DNA of 64,000 nt, taken from positions 29,617-93,616 of IMG/VR virus record IMGVR_UViG_3300032770_000014, one strand, 5' to 3'. The DNA is from a virus. A program made the translations under genes and the position numbers. Each line of letters begins with the position of its first letter. The stretch's first letter is position 1. Below are positions 37,545 to 47,179 of the stretch, piece by piece. Below the pieces are notes generated by a model. That model saw only the letters and a list, made by a program, of their open reading frames with translations, ran no database searches and was not told the origin of the DNA.

Positions 37545-38045
37545 ATGGCTACGGTTTCCATTAGTTCCATCAGTTCTATCAAATCCGAATTGGATCGAGG
37601 TCAGCTTGTGATCCGTGAGCGTCAGACTGGTAAGACTACTGCCCTGCTTGAGTGGGTCCGTGAGCACGACCCCGCGAACATGATCGTCGTCTGCGGCAAT
37701 TGGAATATGAGGGAACTGGCTCGTCGTCGTTACTGTGATATATATCCGTGCGAGCCGCAGCCCATCTTTCAGTCTGTCCATAGTGTCAGTGATCGCGACG
37801 TGTGTGGAACCATGCGCAAATGGGTCACCGATGAAGTCTGGCCTAGAGCGGTTATGCTGAGGGCTTTCTCTTACGTCGGTGCGGACTACTGTGGTGGAGT
37901 TGGAACGCCGATGTGCATGGACAATTTCAGCGGCATGTATCTTACCTATGCAGAGAACGAGAAGCCGGAGTTGCCGCAGCTATCGGAGTCTCCTGTCTTC
38001 ATGCAGGTCAGTGATGGCAGGACTAAGAAGAAAGGAAAGGACTGA
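37545..38045 (+). CDS. Small P-loop-like protein
   Basis: RQTGKTT motif and DE; follows a GA-repeat tract. Confidence 0.5.
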   Translation: MATVSISSISSIKSELDRGQLVIRERQTGKTTALLEWVREHDPANMIVVCGNWNMRELARRRYCDIYPCEPQPIFQSVHSVSDRDVCGTMRKWVTDEVWPRAVMLRAFSYVGADYCGGVGTPMCMDNFSGMYLTYAENEKPELPQLSESPVFMQVSDGRTKKKGKD

Positions 38046-38050
38046 CCCCA

Positions 38051-38287
38051 ATGCCTCATCGCAAGCTCGATTATCATGAAATCCTTTATGTCCACAGCCT
38101 TTACGTTGCGAGAGGAAGACCATGGCTGGAGAACCTTGCGCCGTTCTCGGTGCGATTGTTGGGCCATAAGAAGGACGCGCCTGACGGGACTTTCGCAGCG
38201 GTAGCTGGAGGGCTGTATCTTCCCAAGCGGAAGCGGGGCGAGAAATTCGTGGTTCGTTATGCGACCTTGCATGAGAAGGAGTTCTAG
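38051..38287 (+). CDS. Hypothetical protein
   Basis: Packed ORF with RBS. Confidence 0.4.
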   Translation: MPHRKLDYHEILYVHSLYVARGRPWLENLAPFSVRLLGHKKDAPDGTFAAVAGGLYLPKRKRGEKFVVRYATLHEKEF

Positions 38288-38291
38288 CCTG

Positions 38292-38486
38292 ATGACAAGT
38301 AAGCAGCAGGAGATTGAGAGGGCTTATATCGCTGCGCAGAAAATGAGCAACTGGCTCTACAACATGGCGCAACGTGAGGACTTCAAGTCGTTGAGTAGTC
38401 AGATGAGAGAGATGGTTGATGAGTGGGATAACGCAAAGTCCTCGATCGCATTAAAAACTGTACGAGGAAAGACGACGAGAGGTTAG
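38292..38486 (+). CDS. Hypothetical protein
   Basis: AAGGAG RBS; MSNWLYNMAQ. Confidence 0.5.
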   Translation: MTSKQQEIERAYIAAQKMSNWLYNMAQREDFKSLSSQMREMVDEWDNAKSSIALKTVRGKTTRG

Positions 38487-38488
38487 AG

Positions 38489-38788
38489 ATGGTAACGGTC
38501 AGATTTCCAACTGGATTCTCGGTGCAGTACAACAACCTTAATCAGATTGATTGGGATCGGGACGGTTCCCATGGAGCTATGCTCTACGGCTCCAAGACTG
38601 ACGGCACGAGAGATTCCGGATGGAGCGTGCATGTTCCTGCAGATTGCATTATTGAGTTTGTCACTCCCTGCCGCACCTACAATGCCGCGCGGGAGGAAAC
38701 AGAGAGCCAGTTGAAGTTGCAGATAGACGCCCTGCGCAAGGAGGTCCGGTCCTTGGCGCGGAAGATAGGCAAGCAGGGAGGAAAGTAA
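38489..38788 (+). CDS. Hypothetical protein
   Basis: MVTVRFPTGFSVQYN; RBS present. Confidence 0.55.
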   Translation: MVTVRFPTGFSVQYNNLNQIDWDRDGSHGAMLYGSKTDGTRDSGWSVHVPADCIIEFVTPCRTYNAAREETESQLKLQIDALRKEVRSLARKIGKQGGK

Positions 38789-38977
38789 GTGTCTGAGCGC
38801 CGCCACTATCTCGACCTGACTCCCTCCGAACGACAGGAAGTCCTCCGCCGCCTGAAGCGCGCCCCGGCGATGGCGAAGGAGGAACTGGGCGAGTACGCCT
38901 GCAAGGTCAGGCTGGCGGTGCTGGCGAAACGAGAGAAGAAGGAGCAGAAGGAGAAGAAGGAGCAGAACAGGAGATGA
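38789..38977 (+). CDS. Hypothetical basic protein
   Basis: Coupled ORF. Confidence 0.45.
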   Translation: MSERRHYLDLTPSERQEVLRRLKRAPAMAKEELGEYACKVRLAVLAKREKKEQKEKKEQNRR

Positions 38978-39303
38978 CCTGTCCAAGCCAGTCCGCCTCC
39001 CCGCGCCCTCCGCGCCCCCCGCGACCCATCCACCCCAACGAGCGCCTCGCCCTCGGCCGCGCCAGGAAGAATGAAGTCCGTCGCGAGCAGGTCCGCGAGC
39101 TGGTCGAGGAGTGGGTGGACAAGGAGACTGGCCTGCCGCTGTCGTTTGCCGCGATTGCTGACGAACTGGGATTGAGTAGAGAGAGGGTCAGGCAGTTGGC
39201 GCTGGAGGTGGCGGGCGTCAGAGGGCGCGTGCGGGTGAAAGGAAAGCTGACGTTGCGCGGACGGAGGAGATATTTCGGCGATGACAACCAATCCACTGGA
39301 TGA
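38974..39303 (+). CDS. Sigma70 region-4-like HTH protein
   Basis: SFAAIADELGLSRERVRQL. Confidence 0.65.
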   Translation: MTCPSQSASPRPPRPPRPIHPNERLALGRARKNEVRREQVRELVEEWVDKETGLPLSFAAIADELGLSRERVRQLALEVAGVRGRVRVKGKLTLRGRRRYFGDDNQSTG

Positions 39304-39559
39304 TCTTGCTGCATTCGACCCGGCCACCTTGACCAAGCATCATTCCTCCGGCCGCCGCGAACTCCGCGCGGCCATCCTAGCGCGCGGTATCCCCATCACG
39401 GCCAGAGCGCGGTCAGTCGTGGAACAGGAGCGCGCGATACTGACAGGAGAGATGGTGCCGACCCTGCCGGTCAAGCGCAAGGAGAGGAAACGGCCCGAGG
39501 GAATGTCGGCGAGGCAGTGGCGGAAGATGAAGCAATCGGCGCGAAAGGACTCTCAATGA
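39281..39559 (+). CDS. Hypothetical basic protein
   Basis: RBS; RPEGMSARQWRK. Confidence 0.5.
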   Translation: MTTNPLDDLAAFDPATLTKHHSSGRRELRAAILARGIPITARARSVVEQERAILTGEMVPTLPVKRKERKRPEGMSARQWRKMKQSARKDSQ

Positions 39560-39816
39560 CTAACCCTGTTTACTGGACCGGCTCTCAATCGTGGTGCTCT
39601 TGCTGTGGGTGCGTTCTCCTGGTAATCGACCGGGGTGACAAGAGTGGAAAAGTCACTGGTCGAGTCGTCGTAGAACATCCTGTACAGGGTTGTCCGAATG
39701 ATCGGCGCAAATTCGCTGCTCAATTTCAGGAAATGGTGGAGGTGGGCGCGAATGATCAACCCCCTCGGCTGGCTGCTCGGCTACCTCTGGGCCATTGCCA
39801 CTCGCATTCACGTTAG
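39556..39816 (+). CDS. Hypothetical Cys-containing protein
   Basis: ATGA coupling; CSCCG...HP...CPN. Confidence 0.4.
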   Translation: MTNPVYWTGSQSWCSCCGCVLLVIDRGDKSGKVTGRVVVEHPVQGCPNDRRKFAAQFQEMVEVGANDQPPRLAARLPLGHCHSHSR

Positions 39817-39967
39817 GCTCCATCCTGATGGCGGATCGATGTGGCTTCCCATCTGGATTCAGCCCTACTGGGCGCGCTGCATGGGATGGGAAGTGAGCGA
39901 GGAAGTGCTGGAGTCTCGTAAGAAGAAGGCGGCGGGAAAGGAGTCTTCTGATGTCTCGTCCCTCTAA
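39752..39967 (+). CDS. Small hydrophobic protein
   Basis: GGAGG RBS before MINPLGW. Confidence 0.4.
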   Translation: MINPLGWLLGYLWAIATRIHVRLHPDGGSMWLPIWIQPYWARCMGWEVSEEVLESRKKKAAGKESSDVSSL

Positions 39968-40433
39968 CTCCTTTCTGCATTTGTACAACTATGATCTTCA
40001 TCTTCCCTTTGTCGAGAAGTGGATGCGGCACTGGTATACTGTCCAACCGCCTGATCCGTTGCGACGCCGCTTGTTGGTCTTCTTGTGGATGTTTCGCCTA
40101 AGGCTCTCCTTTCGATCAGAACAAATCGACTGCAATCAGCGAATCCGGGGATTCTCCTGCGTTCTGTGGACACCGTTCTTCTCTATTGACTTCTGTTGGA
40201 AATACCCACGCTACTTCTCCTACCTCCCGTTGCAGACTTCTCTGGCCGTCCTGTGGCTCCCACAGAAGTGGTGGAATCTCGTCGATGGTGATAAGGCATA
40301 TCAATATGAATACTCATGGGTCTGGCAGAGATGGGAAATAATGCTGCGATACGAGGCGCGGGAGGATGGAGGATTCGATAAGGTGGCGTGGCTGGAGAAA
40401 ATTCCTCTCAAAAATAATTCTTGCATTTTATAA
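39951..40433 (+). CDS. Trp-rich hypothetical protein
   Basis: AAGGAG RBS. Confidence 0.45.
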   Translation: MSRPSNSFLHLYNYDLHLPFVEKWMRHWYTVQPPDPLRRRLLVFLWMFRLRLSFRSEQIDCNQRIRGFSCVLWTPFFSIDFCWKYPRYFSYLPLQTSLAVLWLPQKWWNLVDGDKAYQYEYSWVWQRWEIMLRYEAREDGGFDKVAWLEKIPLKNNSCIL

Positions 40434-40450
40434 ATGGTTTCATGTAAGAT
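40421..40450 (+). promoter_or_regulatory. Leaderless groES promoter with operator
   Basis: TTGCAT-18 nt-TAAGAT, ATG 7 nt later; TAAATGGTTTCATGTA at 40431-40446. Confidence 0.55.
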
Positions 40451-40457
40451 TCTCCGC

Positions 40458-40805
40458 ATGTCCGATTCCGTCGAAATCCTCTCTCCCCTCGCCCCGCGCG
40501 CCCTCTTGCGCCGCCTTGACTCCCCTGCCACTGCCTCCTCCCCCTACGTCGTCCCCGACAGCGCCAAGGAGCGCGGCACGGAATGCGAGGTCGTGGCCAT
40601 CCCCGACCCGCCTGTCTACGTGACCGAGTGGGGCATACGGCTGCTCTGCCCGGTCAAGGTTGGGGACCGGGTGCTGGTCGGCAAGTACGCCGGAGATTAC
40701 CGATTCAGGAATGAAGACGTGACCTTGGTTAGATGGGACGAGATTCTGGCCGTCATCGCCGACGAGAAGAACGATAAGAACGAGAAGGAAGAGCTGATCC
40801 CATGA
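40458..40805 (+). CDS. groES: Co-chaperonin GroES
   Basis: PL..R.L...VVPDSAKE....VVA...VKVGDRVLVGKYAG...DEILAV. Confidence 0.9.
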   Translation: MSDSVEILSPLAPRALLRRLDSPATASSPYVVPDSAKERGTECEVVAIPDPPVYVTEWGIRLLCPVKVGDRVLVGKYAGDYRFRNEDVTLVRWDEILAVIADEKNDKNEKEELIP

Positions 40806-42616
40806 GTTCGATCAATCCCAAGCAAATTGTCCTGTGCGATGAAGCGCGCGCCGCCCTCCTCAAGGGAGTCAATGCTCTGGCCGATGTGGTCGGGGCCACT
40901 CTCGGCCCCGGTGGCCGCGCGATCCTCCTTGATCGTGGCGCTTTTCAATCCCCGCGGTCCTCGCGCGATGGCGTGACGGTGGCCAAGGAGATCCGCCTTG
41001 CCGACCCGCTGGCTGACTTGGCTGTCCGGCTGCTCTACGAAACGGCCAAGCGCGCAGCCGACACTGCGGGCGATGGTACCACGACGGCGACCGTGATAGC
41101 GCAACGAATGTTCGTGGAAGGAATAAGGCTGGTTGCTGCCGGAGCCAACCCAACCCTGCTGAAACGCGGGATCGACGCGGCCACGCGCGCAATCGCGGGC
41201 GACCGGGGCGAGGACGGCAGGTACTCCGGCGGCACGCTGGCTTCCCTGACCATTCCCATCGCCTCGCCGGACCAGATCGCGCAGGTCGGCACCCTCTCGG
41301 CCAACTCCGACCCGGCCATCGGCCAGATGATCGCGGCGGCCCTCGCGCAGGTGGGGAAAGATGGCACGGTCACGGTGGAGGAAAGCCAGTCGCTGGAGAC
41401 CACTCTCGAAGTCGTCGAGGGCATGCAGTTCAACCAGGGCTACCTCTCTCCCTACTTCATCACTGATCCGGAGCGCATGGAAGCCGTGCTGCTCGGCGAC
41501 AGCGACGACAACTCTTCCTCTCCCCTCTATGTCTACCTGCATGAGAAACCGCTCCGGCACATGCAGGAAATCCTCCCAGTCCTGACCACTCTCGCTGGCG
41601 GGCCGGGGATCGCCTTCACCGGCTCCCTGCTGATCGTGGCCGAGGACATAACCGACTCCGCCCTCGCCTTCCTTGCCGTCAACAAGTACCAAGGCCGCCT
41701 CCGCGCCTGCGCCGTCAAGGGACCAGGGTTCGGGGACCGGCGCCGCGCCTTGTTCGACGATCTGGCCGTGCTGACCGGAGCCACCTTGATCTCGCCTGAA
41801 CTCGGCCTCAAGCCGGACAACATCACGCGCGAGATGCTGGGCCGCGCGACCAAGGTAACAGTAACTAAGGACGACTGCACCGTGGTCGGCGGCATGGGCC
41901 GGGCGGACCAGATCGACGCGCGACGGGCAGACCTGCGCGAACAGGTGGCTCGGGCCAGCGGCGACTACGACCGGGTTCGGCTGGAGGAGCGGCTGGCCAA
42001 GCTCACGGGCGGAGTGGCTGTGGTGAAGGTAGGTGGGCAGACCGAGGCCGAGATGAAGGAGAGGAAGGACCGCGCGGAGGACGCGATGTACGCGACCAGA
42101 GCGGCGGTCTTGGAAGGGATCGTGCCGGGAGGGGGGGTGGCGTTGATCCGGGCTGTGGACTCGCCGCAGTTCCAGAAGGAGATGCGCGAGAAGGCTGTCC
42201 TCAGCGATACGATAGCCGGCTGGCAGTTGGTTGTGCGGGCCTGCGAGGAACCTCTGCGCCGGATCGTCCAGAACGCGGGCGGCGAGGGAGGGGAAATTGT
42301 GGCCGAGTTCCGCCGCCGCATCCGAGAGGGACAGGACATTGTGGTGGCGGAGAACGCTGCTGGCGAGGAGCGCAAGCTCAGGATAGAAGGCTACGGCTAC
42401 AACGCGGCCACCGGGGAGTTTACCGACCTGTTGTCGGCCGGGATTATCGACCCAGCGCGGGTCACGCGGACGGCTCTGCTTGCAGCATCAAGCATAGCGG
42501 GACTGCTGCTTACCAACGAGGCCATCGTCGCGGATGACGTCGCGGCGGCGGCGGAGGTCAGGAAGTCGCTGACCCCGGTGATGCCTGGTGGGCAGCAGCA
42601 AATGCTGCAGTACTGA
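40802..42616 (+). CDS. groEL: Chaperonin GroEL
   Basis: TLGP.GR, DGVTVAKEI, GDGTTTAT, EGMQF..GYLSPYF, PGFGDRR, ERLAKL.GGVAV.KVG, EDA..ATRAA, GIIDP. Confidence 0.97.
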   Translation: MSSINPKQIVLCDEARAALLKGVNALADVVGATLGPGGRAILLDRGAFQSPRSSRDGVTVAKEIRLADPLADLAVRLLYETAKRAADTAGDGTTTATVIAQRMFVEGIRLVAAGANPTLLKRGIDAATRAIAGDRGEDGRYSGGTLASLTIPIASPDQIAQVGTLSANSDPAIGQMIAAALAQVGKDGTVTVEESQSLETTLEVVEGMQFNQGYLSPYFITDPERMEAVLLGDSDDNSSSPLYVYLHEKPLRHMQEILPVLTTLAGGPGIAFTGSLLIVAEDITDSALAFLAVNKYQGRLRACAVKGPGFGDRRRALFDDLAVLTGATLISPELGLKPDNITREMLGRATKVTVTKDDCTVVGGMGRADQIDARRADLREQVARASGDYDRVRLEERLAKLTGGVAVVKVGGQTEAEMKERKDRAEDAMYATRAAVLEGIVPGGGVALIRAVDSPQFQKEMREKAVLSDTIAGWQLVVRACEEPLRRIVQNAGGEGGEIVAEFRRRIREGQDIVVAENAAGEERKLRIEGYGYNAATGEFTDLLSAGIIDPARVTRTALLAASSIAGLLLTNEAIVADDVAAAAEVRKSLTPVMPGGQQQMLQY

Positions 42617-42641
42617 GATCAAGAAGTGGAGACAAAGAGCG

Positions 42642-42809
42642 ATGAAAATTCTCTACGTTGTTCACGTCTACAAGTGGAAGCGGTGGAACAAGACCATTTG
42701 GACTCCGGGGGGCAAGCCGGTGTCAAGGCATGCCGCAATGAAAGCGAAGGCAAGGGCCGAACGTGCATTTCCAAATGCGAGGTTTCGTATTAAGGAAGTC
42801 TCTGCCTGA
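42642..42809 (+). CDS. Small basic protein
   Basis: Packed ORF. Confidence 0.4.
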   Translation: MKILYVVHVYKWKRWNKTIWTPGGKPVSRHAAMKAKARAERAFPNARFRIKEVSA

Positions 42810-43061
42810 ATGACCCCCCTCCCCCCATCCCGTTCCCAGCCTCCCTCGCTCGACCGCCTCCTGACGCGCGCCCAAGTCATCGAGGAACTTCGCAAGGAGC
42901 GTGGAATGCTCGGGCTGACGGCAGTGGCAAAACGGTACGAACTCTCCCCACAGCAGATCGCCGACGTGCTGGCGATTCCTCCGAGAGCCAGGTTATCGCG
43001 CCGGATGTACACCAAGCTGCGCTGGAAATTGTGGGAACTATTTGAAAGGTTGCCGGAATGA
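42810..43061 (+). CDS. HTH protein
   Basis: LTAVAKRYELSPQQIADVL. Confidence 0.55.
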   Translation: MTPLPPSRSQPPSLDRLLTRAQVIEELRKERGMLGLTAVAKRYELSPQQIADVLAIPPRARLSRRMYTKLRWKLWELFERLPE

Positions 43062-44461
43062 CTGTCCCTCTATTACTACTCTCTGATGCTATCGCGTCCA
43101 ATACTGGCCTAAGCAGAATCGCTCGCGACCTCTCTACGCGCATCCATGCTGATCTCTCTGACACCTTCCGTATTGCAACTTTCGGTGTGGGTGGGTACAT
43201 TTCCACTTCCTCGCGCTTCCCTTTTCAGAATGGATCGATCCTGCGTCTCGATAGAATGGTTCCCAGAGATTTACCAGATTTCTGGATTGACCATGCAGGA
43301 CGTTATGGTGATGGGAAGCAGCAGGACAGCGAGACTGATCTAACTGAACGTGAAGGACAGGTTCGCAAGGGTATTCTGCTAACGTGCTGGAATCTTTCGT
43401 GGACCCCTTGGCTCTCTCAGCCCCACCTCCTCCCCCCGGACCATCCCTTGCGCCAGTTCCTTCTCCAGCGCCCTCAGTCGGTCAGCCTCGACCACTGGAA
43501 CCAGATCAGTAACCCCCAGTCCCCCTCGTTCTCGCCCCAGCTGCTCTCGCGGCTGGCCCAGTTTCCCTTTCGCCGCTGGCTCTACTGCCCAATAGACGGC
43601 AACCTCCCTGACGGTACTCTCGGCCACCAGCTCGCCCCGGTCCTGCAGGGATTCGACCGCCTCCTGGCCTACACGGGCTACGGCTCTCAGGTCATCGAGC
43701 GGACTCTGGAGAAGTGGGGCGGCCAGTCGGCCGTCACCACGATCAACTCCGTCCCCCACCTCCCTCACGGGCTGGACAAGGCAGTCTTCTACCCACGTGA
43801 TCGCCGCCTGGCCCGGCAGACCTTCATGTCGCGCGTCTCGAACGGAGTCAGCGCCCTCCCCCTGCGCGACGACCAAGTTCTCCTCTGCATGGTGGCTACC
43901 AACTCCTCGCGCAAGGACTGGGGGCTGGCATTCCAGACTGCGGCCGAGCTTCTCCGCCGCGGCAGACATGTCTTCCTCTGGGGGCATACCGACGCCTTGG
44001 TTCCGCATCCCGGCCTTCCCTCTATTCACTGGAACCTGCCCGCTCTTGCCAAGCAGTTCGGCATGGAGCAGCGCGTGGTCCTGACGGCGGAGCGGCTTTC
44101 TGACGAGGACATGGCTCAGGCCTACTCTGCCTGCGATGTGATGCTGGCGACCAGCAGCGAGGGCTTCGGGTATACCCCGTTCGAGGCGCTGGCTTGTGGG
44201 TTGCCCGTGGCCGGTACTTCCTACGCAGGTAGTTCGGAGTTTGTCCCGCCGGAGATGCAGGCCGAACCGGTCGCCTACTGTCTGGAGAATCCATACCTGA
44301 TCCAGCGCCCACTGTACGATCCGGAGAAGGTGGCGGATCTGGTGGAGAAATTGATGGCGGGCTATCCTGATCGCGCGCGGTCGCTGCTGGATGCGAGGTT
44401 CGAGTGGGAGAGCAACTGGGAGGGCTGGAAGAAGTGGTTGCTGGAGGGGGTGGAACGATGA
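43058..44461 (+). CDS. Glycosyltransferase, GT-B fold (GT4-like)
   Basis: LLSDA....TGLSR, PHGLD...FYP, RK, SEGFGYTPFEALACG (EX7E). Confidence 0.88.
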   Translation: MTVPLLLLSDAIASNTGLSRIARDLSTRIHADLSDTFRIATFGVGGYISTSSRFPFQNGSILRLDRMVPRDLPDFWIDHAGRYGDGKQQDSETDLTEREGQVRKGILLTCWNLSWTPWLSQPHLLPPDHPLRQFLLQRPQSVSLDHWNQISNPQSPSFSPQLLSRLAQFPFRRWLYCPIDGNLPDGTLGHQLAPVLQGFDRLLAYTGYGSQVIERTLEKWGGQSAVTTINSVPHLPHGLDKAVFYPRDRRLARQTFMSRVSNGVSALPLRDDQVLLCMVATNSSRKDWGLAFQTAAELLRRGRHVFLWGHTDALVPHPGLPSIHWNLPALAKQFGMEQRVVLTAERLSDEDMAQAYSACDVMLATSSEGFGYTPFEALACGLPVAGTSYAGSSEFVPPEMQAEPVAYCLENPYLIQRPLYDPEKVADLVEKLMAGYPDRARSLLDARFEWESNWEGWKKWLLEGVER

Positions 44462-44898
44462 GCGATTACAAATTTGGCTTCACGGGATTCAAGACGGGGC
44501 AGGAGGCAAGGCCGGATGTGGTGGTGCCGGAGGGGATGCTGGAGGCGGCGGAAAAGGCTGGACGAGATGAAGATGGATTTGTGGCAAACAATCTCCGCAC
44601 GACCATCACTGCCGCTCTACGTTGGCAGCGGGACAACCCGCCGGTGCCGACCGACGCGCAGTACACTGAATGTTTACGTGCAACCGATAAGCCGGGTTCT
44701 ATGGTGGTCCATTTATACGAGAAGGGGGAGCCGCAGAAGGCAATCGCTGAGTGGATCAGGAGAATGTACGATGCTAAATCAAGTCCGCGAGATAATCCGA
44801 CTGTCGAGCGAATCGTAGAGGGATTTCGCGGTGTCACGCTTTCCCGCGCTGAGGCTGGCTACATCATCGATCAACTTAACATGGTGACGCATGGCTGA
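44458..44898 (+). CDS. Conserved phage hypothetical protein
   Basis: VVPEGML.AA...AALRW...NP.VPT...EW.RRM. Confidence 0.55.
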   Translation: MSDYKFGFTGFKTGQEARPDVVVPEGMLEAAEKAGRDEDGFVANNLRTTITAALRWQRDNPPVPTDAQYTECLRATDKPGSMVVHLYEKGEPQKAIAEWIRRMYDAKSSPRDNPTVERIVEGFRGVTLSRAEAGYIIDQLNMVTHG

Positions 44899-45340
44899 TC
44901 TAAGAATTATTGTCGATCCAGAGGACGAGCCACTTCTAGGCCACTATGCTTGGTACGCGGAACAGGGAAATCGAAGCATCTGTATCGTCCGCAAAACGCG
45001 GTCGCGTGCCATGGGGACTCACATACGCATACCTCTTGCAGAGGCTATCTTGGGACACAAAGATGGCTTCATCATTGATCACATCAATGGCGATCCATTC
45101 GATAATCGCCGCTCAAATCTTCGTCACGCTACAATCGCGGAGAACAATCGAAACTCTAAGCAGCGGAAAAGCTCGACAGGTCTACGAGGCATTCGCCTGA
45201 CACCTTATGGGAAATGGTCAGCAAGGATTGTGTTTAATCGGAAAGTTACTGATAGATCATTTGATACCCGCGAAGAGGCGATTGCTTGGCGTAAACAAAT
45301 GGAGCGCGAATGCTTCGGTGAGTTTGTGAGGGCAGAATGA
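44891..45340 (+). CDS. HNH-AP2 homing endonuclease
   Basis: IDHINGDPFDNRRSNLR..T..EN.RN, then an AP2-like KWSARI...F.T.EEA..W segment. Confidence 0.88.
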   Translation: MADLRIIVDPEDEPLLGHYAWYAEQGNRSICIVRKTRSRAMGTHIRIPLAEAILGHKDGFIIDHINGDPFDNRRSNLRHATIAENNRNSKQRKSSTGLRGIRLTPYGKWSARIVFNRKVTDRSFDTREEAIAWRKQMERECFGEFVRAE

Positions 45341-45401
45341 GTCGCATCCTCGAAGCCTACCGCCGGGGCCAGCAATCGCCTATTGCCAAAGGGGGATAGA
45401 G

Positions 45402-45821
45402 ATGTTCGACTGCAGGTTCAAACGCGAAGTCCTCCACCTGTTGCGAGAAATTCTTGCCAGGCTTCCTCAACCCACAACCCCGATTACAATCAAATTCAAG
45501 GAGCTTACCATGAACCCAACCGAAGCCGGTCAGACACAGGTCTTCACCGGAACCCTTCAGCCGGCCGGGGCCGTCTTCCCGTCCGACTCTGTTTTCGCCG
45601 TCACCTCGAACGATCCAGCCGTCGCGCCTACCGTGGACGCGACCGGCCTGATCGTCAGCGTGACCTACCCTGCGGGATGGACCGAAAGCACGACTACTCC
45701 CCTCGCCTTCGCCTACACAGCCACCAGCGCCTCGACGGGGATGTCCCTCGCGGCGACGATCACTCCCAGCGCTCCGCCGCCGCCGATCCCGACCGGCATC
45801 ACGTTCGTGCAGACAAGCTGA
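45402..45821 (+). CDS. Ig-like small protein
   Basis: SNDPAVA.VDATG Big-2-like motif; second in-frame ATG with an AAGGAG RBS at 45510. Confidence 0.55.
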   Translation: MFDCRFKREVLHLLREILARLPQPTTPITIKFKELTMNPTEAGQTQVFTGTLQPAGAVFPSDSVFAVTSNDPAVAPTVDATGLIVSVTYPAGWTESTTTPLAFAYTATSASTGMSLAATITPSAPPPPIPTGITFVQTS

Positions 45822-45937
45822 CCCTCTAACCTTCAACCTCTAACCTTCTAACCCTTTGCCCCGGCGGCGCGGCCTGAAACTTCCTTAATCCTCCTGACCG
45901 CGCCGCCACTTTTTGATCCGTCACAGGAGACCGCGCA

Positions 45938-47170
45938 ATGCTTCCGTCCGAGTTCCCCTCCGAGGCCATCGACAAGGTAGCGATCGGTTACTTCTTCCGG
46001 CAGGGATTCCGCCCTCGCGGTGTCGTGCATGTCGGCGCCAACGACGGCTACGAGATTCAGTTCTATCTTGACCTTGGCGTGGAGCGCGTTCTTGCCTTCG
46101 AGCCGCTGGACTCCGCCTTCGAGATTCTGCAGCGGAAATTCTCCTCCGACTCGCGCGTGTTGCTCTCTCCCTACGCGCTGGGCGACGAGCCCGGAACCAG
46201 GACTCTCCGCGTGGCCCGCGGCGACGGCATGGACAGCACGTTCCTCGCGGCCGTCCCCGGCTCGGACAGGTTCATCGGCGACTTCATTGGCTTTCAGCAG
46301 GCCGACATCGCCCGGTTCGATTCCCTCGGCGTCAACCTTCTCGGCTACGATACTCTGGTCGTCGATACGCAGGGAATGGAACTGCACGTCCTGCGCGGGT
46401 TCGGCGAGCAGTTGTCCGCGTTCAGCTTCCTCAATATCGAATGCTCTCGTACTCCAATCTACGCAGAGGGCCATGCGGCGCAGGAGATTATCGACTACCT
46501 CGACGCCCGAGGTTTCCAGCAGGAGACTCCCATCGAGGACCATAACGATATTCTGTTCTGCAGGCGAGGATTGGACCAGAGAGACCAGGCAGCCGCGCCC
46601 GAGGAAACCCCCCTCTGCCGCATTGCTGCCCGCTACTGCTGCGACAAGTGCCCCGCGATCCGGCATCATTACACTCCCTTCTACCACCAGTTACTCGGCA
46701 ACTGCGAAATCCGCCGCGTCCTAGAAGTCGGCGTCTACGGCGGGGCCAGCCTGCGCACGTGGCGCGACTACTTCCCCCAGGCGCAGGTCTTCGGGCTGGA
46801 TTTCAACTCCCTCTACATCTCCGACCCTTACTTCGCCTTCAACGAGGAGCGCATTCATACCTACCTCTGCGATGCGCTGGTGAAAGAACAGGTGGACCGG
46901 GTGGTTGGTGGGCTGTGCGGCCCCGGCGGCCTCGACGGCGGTTTAGATCTCATCATCGACGACGCGGGCCACGCGCCTGTGGAACAGCTGATCATGCTTG
47001 ACAATCTGATCCCCTACCTCCGTCCGGGCGGCCTCTACATCATCGAGGACGTGATCGCTGACTACGCAAGCGCGCTCTCCGCGGCGATCTCCTTCCCCCA
47101 CGAGGTCCACAAGTTCGGCCATATCCCTCCCCCAGACGACGACTGCCTGATTGTAGTGAGAAAGGAATAA
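45938..47170 (+). CDS. FkbM-family methyltransferase fused to a second class I SAM methyltransferase
   Basis: VHVGANDG...AFEP...VDTQGMEL.VLRG; then VLEVGVYGGASL..W, IIDDAGH, PGGLYIIED. Confidence 0.85.
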   Translation: MLPSEFPSEAIDKVAIGYFFRQGFRPRGVVHVGANDGYEIQFYLDLGVERVLAFEPLDSAFEILQRKFSSDSRVLLSPYALGDEPGTRTLRVARGDGMDSTFLAAVPGSDRFIGDFIGFQQADIARFDSLGVNLLGYDTLVVDTQGMELHVLRGFGEQLSAFSFLNIECSRTPIYAEGHAAQEIIDYLDARGFQQETPIEDHNDILFCRRGLDQRDQAAAPEETPLCRIAARYCCDKCPAIRHHYTPFYHQLLGNCEIRRVLEVGVYGGASLRTWRDYFPQAQVFGLDFNSLYISDPYFAFNEERIHTYLCDALVKEQVDRVVGGLCGPGGLDGGLDLIIDDAGHAPVEQLIMLDNLIPYLRPGGLYIIEDVIADYASALSAAISFPHEVHKFGHIPPPDDDCLIVVRKE

Positions 47171-47179
47171 GCGAAGAAG

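Noticed and set aside
40697-41692. Long antisense ORF over groEL (similar ones lie over terL, portal and the GT genes)
   Set aside because: Expected antisense shadows in GC-rich coding DNA, with no RBS or motifs.
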